NCBI GenBank assembly: GCA_036558385.1
Contig: DATBFS010000128.1
Coordinates: 23,732 to 87,731, forward strand
Direction: 5' to 3'
DNA length: 64,000 nt
DNA from: Solirubrobacterales bacterium
Lineage (GTDB): Bacteria; Actinomycetota; Thermoleophilia; Solirubrobacterales; 70-9
The first letter of the stretch is position 1. Each line of letters starts with the position of its first letter. Shown here piece by piece: positions 9,017 to 17,257 of the stretch. Made by a program: the position numbers and the translations under genes. The notes under the pieces were generated by a model, which saw only the letters and a program-made list of their open reading frames with translations, searched no databases and was not told the DNA's origin.

Positions 9017-10087
9017 ATGCAGCCCCATACCTACACGCGTTCGCCCAGCAGTCGTCCCGTGCGCAAGCCGCGGGGTGGCTCCGCGTGGCTGATCGGACTT
9101 CTCGTGGCGAGCGGGGTGCTCCTCGCGTCGGCGCCCGGCGCCGGAGCCGCGAGCATCAGCGAGCTCAACTCGCGGATCTCCTCCGCTCAGTCGCAGGCAC
9201 AGAGCATGGCGGCCGACGTCGACGCCAAGGCCGCGCAGGCGGCGGCAGCGCAGCAGCAGGCGGCGGTGGCGGCGCAACGCGAGGCCCAGCTCTCGGGCGT
9301 CCTCGCGCAGGGAGAGCAGCGCGCGGCCGAGCTCCAGACCCGGGTACAGGAGACCGAGGCGGAGCTGGCCAAGGCCCGCGCGCGCCTGCGTGGCGCGCTC
9401 AAGACCCTCTCCGGGCGCCTCGTGGCCATCTATCAGGGCGACGCGCCCGACGTGACGGCGCTGCTGTTGAGCTCCAAGGGGTTCGACGACCTCGCCAACC
9501 GCGCGGAGCTGATCGGGCGGATCGAGGACGCGGACGCGTCGCTCGCCTCCCGGGTCCGCACCCTTCGCGACCAGGTGGCGACGCAGCTCGCCGCGGTCCA
9601 GCAGGCCAAGGCCGAGCAGGACGCGTTCAACCAGCGCATCGCCAGCGCCCGTGATCAGATCGCATCCGTGCGGGCCGACGCCGAGGCCCAGGCGGCACAG
9701 TTCGAGCAGGCTCGCCAGCAGGAGGCCGCGGCGGTGTCGAGCCTTCAGTCACAGGTTTCGGGGTGGGAGCAGCAGGTCTCCCAGCTCCAGGCGATCCAGG
9801 CACAAGAGAGCCAGCAGGCCGCGGCCGCGCAGGCGCAGCAGACCGTCTCCAGCTGGGTCGGCCAATGGGCCATCCCGCAGGCGATCGTGATGTGCGAGTC
9901 GGGCGGAAACTTCGGCGCGGTCAACCCCTCGTCCGGGGCCGGCGGCGCCTACCAGATCCTGCCCTCGACCTGGCAGCTCTACGGCGGCAGCGGCGCGCCC
10001 CAGGACGCCTCCCCGCAGGAGCAGAGCCGGATCGCGTCGCAGATCTGGGCGGACTCCGGGTCAAGCGCCTGGGAGTGCGCCCAGTAG
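9017..10087 (+). CDS. Secreted cell-wall hydrolase: N-terminal coiled-coil region plus C-terminal Rpf-type (resuscitation-promoting factor) transglycosylase-like domain
   Basis: Signal peptide is WLIGLLVASGVLLASAPGAGAAS. A long Ala/Gln coiled coil follows. The C-terminal WAIPQAIVMCESGGNFGAVNPSSGAGGAYQILPSTWQLYGG...AWEC is the Rpf catalytic-domain pattern. Confidence 0.85.
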   Translation: MQPHTYTRSPSSRPVRKPRGGSAWLIGLLVASGVLLASAPGAGAASISELNSRISSAQSQAQSMAADVDAKAAQAAAAQQQAAVAAQREAQLSGVLAQGEQRAAELQTRVQETEAELAKARARLRGALKTLSGRLVAIYQGDAPDVTALLLSSKGFDDLANRAELIGRIEDADASLASRVRTLRDQVATQLAAVQQAKAEQDAFNQRIASARDQIASVRADAEAQAAQFEQARQQEAAAVSSLQSQVSGWEQQVSQLQAIQAQESQQAAAAQAQQTVSSWVGQWAIPQAIVMCESGGNFGAVNPSSGAGGAYQILPSTWQLYGGSGAPQDASPQEQSRIASQIWADSGSSAWECAQ

Positions 10088-10090
10088 GCG

Positions 10091-11452
10091 CTACCTGGGC
10101 GCGTCGGACGTTTCCACCGTCTCGGGTGCCTCGGGCGTCTCGACCTCTCTCTTGAAGCGTCCGCTGCCCGGGATCGGGCCATCGGCCGGGCGCGCGCCCT
10201 CGAGCGGAACCGGCTCGGGCGCGAACGGCTCAGGCTCGGGCGCGGCGACCGGCTCACCTCGCCACCCGGCGCGGGAGAGGGCAGCGAAGGCGATCGCCAG
10301 GACGGCGATGACGCCCACGCCGGCGACCGCATAGCTGGCCCGCGGGCTGAACATGGCGGCGATCGCGCCGCCGAGGACGAACCCGACGCCGGGAGCCGCC
10401 CGTGCGACGGAATCGACCAGCGACATCACGCGCGCCTGGTACTGCGAGCTCGTCAGCTGCTGCATGGCCGTGACGAGCGTGACCCACTCGATCCCGTTTC
10501 CGATCCCACCGACGATGGAGGCGAGGCACGCGACCAGCAGCGTTGGGGACAGCCCGGTGAGCAGATAGGCAGCGCCGATTGCCAGCGTCGAGGTGGGGAG
10601 GAGGACCCGCAGGGAGATGTCGCGAAGCAGGGCGAACGCGATGCTCCCCGCGACCATGCCGGCACCCCAGCTCGCGAGCAGGACGCCGTAGCCGACGTCC
10701 CCCGCGTCGAGCGTCTCCTTCGCGAACACGACCTCGATCGGGATCACCAGCGCGAAGAAGATGAAGGCGGCGGCCTGGGCGGCGATCAACGTGCGCAGCA
10801 GGGGGTTCTCCCGCACGTAGGTGAATACGCGGCGCATCCGCTCGAGCGAGCCCACCTCCTCCACAGCGGCCCGTGGGATTCGGGCCGCCGTCGCCATGAG
10901 CACCGCAACGAGGGCGAACGACGCCGCGTCGGCGAAGAGCGCGGTGCGGACCCCCGCCGAAGCGACCACCAAGCCCGCGAGGGCCGGGCCACCGGCCGCG
11001 CCGACCGTGAAGGCGACGTTGAGCACGGCGTTGCCCTCGCGCAGAAGCCCGTGGGGCTCCGTGGTCACGGCGGCCGCCGCTCTCGAAAGGGCGCGTCCCG
11101 AGACTGCGAGCCCGCCACCGATCGCGGCCAGGACGATCACGGGCAGCAAGGCGAAATGCGGCGCGAGGAGGGCAAGCGCCGAGAAGACCAGCGCTTGGAC
11201 CGCGTTCAGCGCGGCCAGGACGCCCCTGGTCGGCAGCGCCTCCAGGCGCGCGACCAATGGGGGGGTCGCGATCGCGGGAACGAATTGCAGCGCGACGAAG
11301 AGTGCCGCCACCGCCATCGGGCTTCCCGTCTGGTCGAAGACGAGCACGGCGAGGGCGATCTCCCCGAGCCAGTCGCCCAGCTCGTCGATGAAGCGGGCCG
11401 CCGCGAGGCGCCGGAAGACCGGGAGAGCCAGCGGACGCAGGGCGGAACGCAT
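10091..11452 (-). CDS. MFS transporter (EntS/MFS_3-like) with a Pro/Glu-rich C-terminal tail
   Basis: The ATG at 11452 gives MRSALRPLALPVFRRLAAARFIDELGDWLGEIALAVLVFD, followed by about 12 hydrophobic segments. The 233-codon N-terminal extension in the track is Arg/Pro-rich and is rejected. Confidence 0.8.
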   Translation of the reverse strand: MRSALRPLALPVFRRLAAARFIDELGDWLGEIALAVLVFDQTGSPMAVAALFVALQFVPAIATPPLVARLEALPTRGVLAALNAVQALVFSALALLAPHFALLPVIVLAAIGGGLAVSGRALSRAAAAVTTEPHGLLREGNAVLNVAFTVGAAGGPALAGLVVASAGVRTALFADAASFALVAVLMATAARIPRAAVEEVGSLERMRRVFTYVRENPLLRTLIAAQAAAFIFFALVIPIEVVFAKETLDAGDVGYGVLLASWGAGMVAGSIAFALLRDISLRVLLPTSTLAIGAAYLLTGLSPTLLVACLASIVGGIGNGIEWVTLVTAMQQLTSSQYQARVMSLVDSVARAAPGVGFVLGGAIAAMFSPRASYAVAGVGVIAVLAIAFAALSRAGWRGEPVAAPEPEPFAPEPVPLEGARPADGPIPGSGRFKREVETPEAPETVETSDAPR

Positions 11453-11712
11453 AAGGCGTTGCAAACTACTCCAACGTCGAGGGCCATTTGCAAGTTTCCG
11501 ACTGTTTCTGTACCCTGCTCGTACCCGTAAACAGTCTGCGAAGGATTGGGGGTGTTTTAGATGGGTCATCGGTACGGCTAGAAACTGAGCTATAGGCAGC
11601 ACTGAGCGCCTATGACGTGGCTCCGAGGGAGTCACGGCGTGGGCGCTTAGCCATGCCTGCTTACGCCCCGGCGACGGGCAGCGCGGGGCAGCGGATGGTC
11701 GGGCCGCGTGCG

Positions 11713-13149
11713 CTAGGGGGAGAGCTGCAGCCCGGACGCCGAGCTTGCGGTGACGTAGTCGTGGATGCGCTTGTCGAGGGCCAGCTCCGCCTCGAAGTCC
11801 GCGTCCTCGCCGTGGCGATAGGAGAAGCCCTTGTCCGAGAGGACGTCGTTCAGGATCTCGACGAAGCGGCCGTCGAGCTGGGTCCCCGCAACCCGGCGGA
11901 GCTCGGTCAGCGCCTCGAAGGAGCTCACCGGCTCGCGATAGGAGTCTCGCGCCGTCAGTACGTCGTAGGTGTCGGCGACGGAGATGATCCGCGCCAGGGC
12001 CGGGATGTTCTCGCCCTGGAGTCCCCGCGGATAGCCGAGCCCGTCCATCCGCTCGTGGTGCGCGAGGACGAGCTCGCCGACGGGCTGATAACCGTCGATC
12101 TGGGAAACGATCCGAGCACCCTCGTACGGGTGCTTCTTGATCTCCTCCCAATCCTCCTCGGTGAGCTCGACGTCCCCCTTGAGGATCCGGTCCGGGAGGA
12201 CGAACTTGCCGATGTCGTGGAGGAGGCCGGCCGTGTGGACCAGCTCTTGCTCGGACTCGGGGAAGCCGGCGGCGGCGGCGATCTCGCGCGAGTAGCGGGC
12301 GACCGCCGCGCTGTGGCGCGCCGTCATCCGATCGCGCAGGTCGAGGGTGCGCAGCAGGGCGCCCAGCAGAGCAACCTGGAACCCGGCGAGCTGCTTGGCC
12401 CGTAGCTCCAGCTCGTCCGCGCGCTGTTGCGAGATCAGGAGAGCTCCGATCAGGTATTGGAGCACCAGCAACGTGATCGCAAGGATCACCACGGTCGAAA
12501 GACCGGCGCGCAGGTACACGTACGTGAGACCGACCGCCGTCAGCCCCGCGATCAGCTCCGAGGGGAGAACCGGGAGGAGCGTGCGCGCCACCCTGGTCAG
12601 GAAGGAGCTGCCCTCCTCCACGTAGGCGATGTGCGCGTTGGTGATGCTGTAGTTGATCAGCAGGGCGACGGCGAACATGGCGAAGACGAGGACGTAGAAA
12701 AGGCCGTCCGTATGGGTCGTACCGGTCGCCCTCAGCACCGCGTTGAACGCGACCCCTGACAGCAGCGGGAACCAGGCATAGGCCACGAGGTTGATGAGCA
12801 GGCCCGAGCGCGCATAGCGAAAGCGCGTCCAGCCGACGAGGATCGTGACCACGCCGATCACGGCCGCCGGGGTTGGGCCCAAGAGGACGGTGGCGACGAT
12901 GATCGCGAGGAAGCTGGAGGAGATCTTTCCCGACCGGGTGGGGGCGTCGAGTGCCGTCAGGTCTCCCACGACGGACGAGATGAGCAGGACGACGAACAGG
13001 GGTAGGTACCAGTCGGAATCCCGGTTGGCCCAGACCGCGAGCGCGATCGCCCCGGCGAGGGCGACCAGCTCGAGGGCGATCACCGCCCGAATCGAGCGCG
13101 TCTCGATGGCTGGCTTGTCAGCCACGGGCGCCGGCTGCGCGGCGACCAT
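11713..13149 (-). CDS. Membrane-bound HD-GYP domain protein (putative c-di-GMP phosphodiesterase)
   Basis: Polytopic N-terminal domain, then HDIGKFVLPD...HPYEGARIV...HHERMDGLGYPRGL (HD and GYP motifs). The start is uncertain: ATG 13194, ATG 13149 or GTG 13125. All three overlap the upstream HTH gene. Confidence 0.8.
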   Translation of the reverse strand: MVAAQPAPVADKPAIETRSIRAVIALELVALAGAIALAVWANRDSDWYLPLFVVLLISSVVGDLTALDAPTRSGKISSSFLAIIVATVLLGPTPAAVIGVVTILVGWTRFRYARSGLLINLVAYAWFPLLSGVAFNAVLRATGTTHTDGLFYVLVFAMFAVALLINYSITNAHIAYVEEGSSFLTRVARTLLPVLPSELIAGLTAVGLTYVYLRAGLSTVVILAITLLVLQYLIGALLISQQRADELELRAKQLAGFQVALLGALLRTLDLRDRMTARHSAAVARYSREIAAAAGFPESEQELVHTAGLLHDIGKFVLPDRILKGDVELTEEDWEEIKKHPYEGARIVSQIDGYQPVGELVLAHHERMDGLGYPRGLQGENIPALARIISVADTYDVLTARDSYREPVSSFEALTELRRVAGTQLDGRFVEILNDVLSDKGFSYRHGEDADFEAELALDKRIHDYVTASSASGLQLSP

Positions 13150-13336
13150 CTGCGGAGGGCTGTCGCATCGAGCGCATGAACTCGTCGAGATCACTGGTTG
13201 AGAAGCGACGCTGGCCGCCGGGCGTCCTGTAGACCGGAACCAGGCCCTGGTTCGACCACTTGCGGAGCGACGCGGCGCTCACGCCGAGATACGCTGCCGC
13301 TTGGCCGACATTCAGAAGTTTCGTTCGTCCTTCCAT
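13118..13336 (-). CDS. Small excisionase/MerR-type HTH DNA-binding protein (BldC-like architecture)
   Basis: MEGRTKLLNVGQAAAYLGVSAASLRKWSNQGLVPVYRTPGGQRRFSTSDLDEFM is an HTH_17-type domain with no effector domain. The ATG at 13336 has AGGA 8 nt upstream. Alternative ATGs are at 13351 and 13387. Confidence 0.7.
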   Translation of the reverse strand: MEGRTKLLNVGQAAAYLGVSAASLRKWSNQGLVPVYRTPGGQRRFSTSDLDEFMRSMRQPSADGRRAAGARG

Positions 13337-13659
13337 TGGTTGATCCTGCATATGCGTCTCGACCCGAAGCGGCGATAACTTGAGCACGGCTCCCAGACTC
13401 GGACCGCTTGACGCCCGTTATGGGCCGATCTGCTCGTTTGCCGGTCGCTTCCTCCCACGCGGGGTAGAGGCGCGCTCGACGTCGCGTGGGCGCCGGCGAA
13501 CGGCTGTTCACCCGTACCTGGGTCCCGTACTCAGTATCGAGTAGGGCGAGACTACCGCCTGCGCGAGGCGCGGGGGCCGGTTTTCCACGATCCCCGCGCT
13601 GGGTGGAGGACTATCGCGGTCCGGTCTTCGTAACTACCGTCAACTTCGGGCAGGGAGGG

Positions 13660-14421
13660 TCAGCTTCCCCGCGCGGCGTGGAAGCCGTTGCGTCCCGCGA
13701 CGGCGACCGGCTGCTCGGCTGCCCGGGCGGCCTCGAGCGCATCGCGCGCGACCTCGAGCAGCCGCCCACGATCCTGCCCGTGCTCCGGGCAGGCGGCGAC
13801 GCCGGCCGAGATCGAGATCCGGGGCCCCTCGCTTTCCTGCGAGCCATCGACCACGCGCGCCAACCGGTCCCCCAACCGGCGAAGCCGGTCGGCGTCCACG
13901 TTCGGAGCAAGCACGCAAAACGCGTCGTCCTCCACCCGGAAGGCTCGGTCCACGATCCGGATCTGGCTGCGGATCATCGTCGTGGCGGCCGTCGACATCC
14001 AATCTCCAGACTCGCGGCCGTGGGCCTCGTAGATCTCGCGGAGGCCGTCGAGCTCGATCAGCGCGAGGGCGAACGGATGCCCGTAGCGCTGGTACTCGGC
14101 GACCAGCGCGTCGAGGGAGCCGTCGAGGTCATCCGCGCGAAGGTCCTGCGGCCGGTCCGGCTGGCCGGGAAGGCCCTGAGACGGCACGCCGGGGGGCTCC
14201 TCGGTGGCCTGGGCCTGAAGCGAGCCGAAGATCTCGGCCAGTCGCCGGGCCGCGCCGGCGACGTGGTCGCCATCGGCGAGCCGATCCATGGGCGTGCGCT
14301 CGATGATCGCGACGAGCCACGCTTTGGCCAGCTCCTCCGAGGATGCGCCGAGATCAGAGCCGGCGGCTGGCAGCTTGCCATCCACGTGCCGAAACCTAAC
14401 CGTCGCTCCGGTCGCCACCAC
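13660..14421 (-). CDS. GGDEF-domain protein with a degenerate active site (EDDAF) and a retained RxxD I-site
   Basis: The C-terminal domain FALALIELDGLREIYEAHG...IRIVDRAFRVEDDAFCVLAP aligns to the GGDEF fold. RIVD sits 5 residues before EDDAF, which occupies the position of GG(D/E)EF. Confidence 0.7.
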   Translation of the reverse strand: MVATGATVRFRHVDGKLPAAGSDLGASSEELAKAWLVAIIERTPMDRLADGDHVAGAARRLAEIFGSLQAQATEEPPGVPSQGLPGQPDRPQDLRADDLDGSLDALVAEYQRYGHPFALALIELDGLREIYEAHGRESGDWMSTAATTMIRSQIRIVDRAFRVEDDAFCVLAPNVDADRLRRLGDRLARVVDGSQESEGPRISISAGVAACPEHGQDRGRLLEVARDALEAARAAEQPVAVAGRNGFHAARGS

Positions 14422-14444
14422 GGATACACTCGCGCACTACGACG

Positions 14445-15680
14445 ATGGTGGATCCGGAGGCAGAGGGATCGGCCCCGGAGCGGGCCGCGCCCCCCGATGA
14501 GTCGAGCGAGGCCGCCGAGGGCGATCCCATCCTCGGTGCGACGATCAGGGGGCTCAAGCAGGCCGCGCACGGGGTCGAGATCGAGCGCCGCGTCGCGGAG
14601 ACCCTGCAGCGAAGCCTGCTCCCGATACTGCCGGCCATCCCCGGCCTCGAGATCGCCGCGCGCTATCGGCCGGGCGCCGCGGAGACCCGGATCGGCGGTG
14701 ACTGGTACGACGCGATCCCGCTGCGAGGCGGCAAGGTGGGGATCGCGATCGGGGACGTGGTCGGCCGCGGCGTCGAGGCCGCGGCCCGGATGGCCCACCT
14801 GCAGAGCGCGCTGAGGGCCTACGCGTTGGAGGCGCTGCGGCCGGAGCTCGTGCTCGAGCGGATGAACGGCTTCGTGCTCGAGGGAGAGCAGGGCGGGATG
14901 GTGACCCTCCTCTACGCGATCGTCGATCCGGACGCCTCCACGCTCCACGTCGCGACCGCCGGTCATCCGCCCCCGCTGGTCCTGCGCCCGGAGGACGGCC
15001 CCACGTTCGCCGAGGCCCCGGCGGGCAGCCCGCTGGGCGTGAACCGGTTCCCGTCGTATGCGGAGAGCATGGCGACGCTCGATCCCTGGTCGACCGTCCT
15101 CCTCTACACCGACGGGCTCGTCGAGGGGCCCGAGCTTCCGCTCGGCGAGGGCCTGGACGGCCTGCTTGCCACCGCGGAGGGCTGTCCTCGCGAGCCCGAG
15201 GGCCTCTGCCGGGCGCTGCTCGCCGCGGTCGACTCCAGGGCGGGGCACCGCGACGACCTGGCGCTCCTGGCGATCCAGCTGACGCCCCCCGGCGACACCT
15301 TGTCTCTGGCCTTGCCGGCGAAGCCGTCGTCGCTCGCCTCGATGCGGCGGGCGGTTGCCCAGTGGCTCCGCCTCGCGGGGGCCAGCGAGGCGGAGGTCTA
15401 CGAGATGCTGGTGGCCTGCGGGGAGGCCTGTGCCAACGCGGTCGCCCATGCGCACTCGGCGATCTCGGACTCTCCGTTCGAGGTCGAGGCCGGACGCGAC
15501 GGGCCGCAGATTCAGATCGTGGTCCGCGACTCGGGCAGCTGGCGCCCGCCGACCGAGGACGGGCGCGGCCGGGGCCTGCCGCTGATGCGGGAGCTGATGG
15601 ACGAGGTGAAGATCGAGCCTGGCCCCCGCGGGACCACCGTGACCATGAGCCGACGACTGCGTGAGGCGGGCGAGGAATGA
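14445..15680 (+). CDS. SpoIIE/PP2C-type phosphatase fused to an RsbW-like HATPase (anti-sigma kinase) domain
   Basis: LQRSLLPILPAIPGLEIAARYRPGAAETRIGGDWYDAI...GDVVGRGVEAAARMAHLQ is the SpoIIE pattern. The C-terminal ACGEACANAVAHAH...GRGRGLPLMRELMDEV is the GHKL N-box/G-box pattern. Confidence 0.8.
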   Translation: MVDPEAEGSAPERAAPPDESSEAAEGDPILGATIRGLKQAAHGVEIERRVAETLQRSLLPILPAIPGLEIAARYRPGAAETRIGGDWYDAIPLRGGKVGIAIGDVVGRGVEAAARMAHLQSALRAYALEALRPELVLERMNGFVLEGEQGGMVTLLYAIVDPDASTLHVATAGHPPPLVLRPEDGPTFAEAPAGSPLGVNRFPSYAESMATLDPWSTVLLYTDGLVEGPELPLGEGLDGLLATAEGCPREPEGLCRALLAAVDSRAGHRDDLALLAIQLTPPGDTLSLALPAKPSSLASMRRAVAQWLRLAGASEAEVYEMLVACGEACANAVAHAHSAISDSPFEVEAGRDGPQIQIVVRDSGSWRPPTEDGRGRGLPLMRELMDEVKIEPGPRGTTVTMSRRLREAGEE

Positions 15681-16042
15681 GGGACCCGCTCGCCCAGCTC
15701 AACTTCGACGAGATCGACAGCGTCCTCGTGGGGCACCTCGAGGGCGAGATCGAGAGCGTGAACGCCGAGCAGCTTCGCGCGGCGCTGGGCCGCCGACTCA
15801 CGAACGAGAGCCCCGGCCTCGTGCTCGACCTGAGCGGCGCGGCCTATCTGGACAGCGCGGGCGTCGAGCTCTTGTTCGACCTCGCCCGCAGGCTGCGTAC
15901 GCATCGCCAGCGCCTGCGGCTGGTCGTGCCCGCCGCCGCCCCCATGCGACGGGTGCTCGACCTCTGTGACATCGAGGAGGTCGCCCCCATGGACGCCACC
16001 GTCGAGGCGGCCGTGGAGGTCCTTCGGCAGCCCGCCGACTAG
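15677..16042 (+). CDS. STAS-domain anti-sigma-factor antagonist (RsbV/SpoIIAA-like)
   Basis: The ATG overlaps the upstream stop (ATGA). LVLDLSGAAYLDSAGVELLFDL keeps the D-S-x-G phosphorylatable serine context. Confidence 0.8.
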   Translation: MRDPLAQLNFDEIDSVLVGHLEGEIESVNAEQLRAALGRRLTNESPGLVLDLSGAAYLDSAGVELLFDLARRLRTHRQRLRLVVPAAAPMRRVLDLCDIEEVAPMDATVEAAVEVLRQPAD

Positions 16043-16091
16043 CGAAAGCACGCGGACGGGCTGAGCGCTCGACCCGGCTGGTCGCTCGAGG

Positions 16092-17036
16092 CTAGCTCGC
16101 GCCGCTGGCCGCGGACCACGCGGTCCGAAAACGCTGAAGCGAGTCCATCAGGGGACCTTCGTCGGAGCTCGCCCCGAGGAGGATCTCGCCGACCCGGTTG
16201 GAGAACGCCTGGAGCAGTAGGAGCTCGGTCCGCCCCGTCAGCCGACTGGGGCGCGTCGTCAGGCAGATCACGCCGACCAGCTTGCCGCCGGCCACCATCG
16301 GAGCGCAGATCGACGTCCTGCCCTGGTGCGCCCCCGAGGTGCCGAGCCCGTGGACGAGCTGCGGCCTGCGTTCGAGCGCGGCGCGCCCGAGGGCGCCCTC
16401 GCCGACGGCGATCCGCTCGGGGGCGTGGAGCCCCTCGGGCTCGCCGTCGGCCATGACCGCGGCTCGGCGCATCGCGAGGCCATCCTCGTCGGACAGGAAG
16501 ATGACCCCGCCCTCGACGTCGTAGAGGGAGACCAGGCCCCCCAGCAGCGCCGCGAGCATCGCGTCGGACTCTCCCGCGGCGAGCGCCGCGCGGGCCCTGG
16601 CCCTGGCCCCGCCCGCGGCGGGGGTCGGGGCGGGGGCGGCGTGCCCGGGCTGCCCGTCAGCCACCTCGGCGTGCGGCTCGATCTCCTGGCGCTTGACGGC
16701 CAGCGCCACCGCCTGGGCGCGGCTGGTGGCGCCGAGCTTGGCCATCGCGTTGCGGATGTGCGTGCGGACGGTCTCCGGCGAGAGGACGAGGCTCTCGGCG
16801 ATCTGGGCGCCGCTCACGCCGCCCGCGAGCAGCCCGAGGATCTCGCGCTCCCGCGTGGACAGAGGTCCACCGGCCACGCGCCGTCCACCGGGTCGTACGT
16901 CGCGATCGTCAGACGCCACCCCGGAAGTACCCCCACGGCCGCGAGTGGATCGGTTCTCGTTCTCGTTCACAGTCTGAGTCTCGCGGCTCCGCTCGTCCGT
17001 GAGCTTAGCCGTTAGCGAGGGTAGCACTACCCGCAT
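16092..17036 (-). CDS. LuxR-family HTH regulator with a C-terminal GAF-like domain
   Basis: The HTH is LSTREREILGLLAGGVSGAQIAESLVLSPETVRTHIRNAMAKLGATSRAQAVALAV. A GAF-like C-terminal half follows (LVSLYDVEGGVIFLSDEDG...ICAPMVAGGKLVGVICLT). The start is uncertain: ATG 17036, or internal GTGs further downstream. Confidence 0.65.
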   Translation of the reverse strand: MRVVLPSLTAKLTDERSRETQTVNENENRSTRGRGGTSGVASDDRDVRPGGRRVAGGPLSTREREILGLLAGGVSGAQIAESLVLSPETVRTHIRNAMAKLGATSRAQAVALAVKRQEIEPHAEVADGQPGHAAPAPTPAAGGARARARAALAAGESDAMLAALLGGLVSLYDVEGGVIFLSDEDGLAMRRAAVMADGEPEGLHAPERIAVGEGALGRAALERRPQLVHGLGTSGAHQGRTSICAPMVAGGKLVGVICLTTRPSRLTGRTELLLLQAFSNRVGEILLGASSDEGPLMDSLQRFRTAWSAASGAS

Positions 17037-17257
17037 TGCGGTAATGCAGCAACGATTTTCGGGTATTCCCAGGCCTGAATCCTTGACTTTCGCTAGTGGT
17101 GAGGCAGAGTGGCGGCGTCCCGAAAACCAGTTGGGTCGACCGAAGTTCAGGTCGGCCCGGGCCACACGACCCGGTCGCATCCGGGTCAATTCGATCCGGG
17201 GGCGGCAGGGTCGTGTGGCGGTATCGCCGTTCGATGCGGCAGGAGCAGATCATCGCA

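Noticed and set aside
10091-12151. Full-length 686-aa version of the MFS ORF. The same question arises for the long N-terminal extensions of argG (6655), gatB (44018), sqdB (46969), the FG-GAP gene (48339), ilvN (51751), menE (58880), menB (to 60640), menC (to 58336) and the sortase (to 7689).
   Set aside because: The extensions are Arg/Pro-rich. They overlap neighbouring genes or intergenic repeats and precede internal start codons that match the conserved N-termini of the respective families. The shorter models were used.
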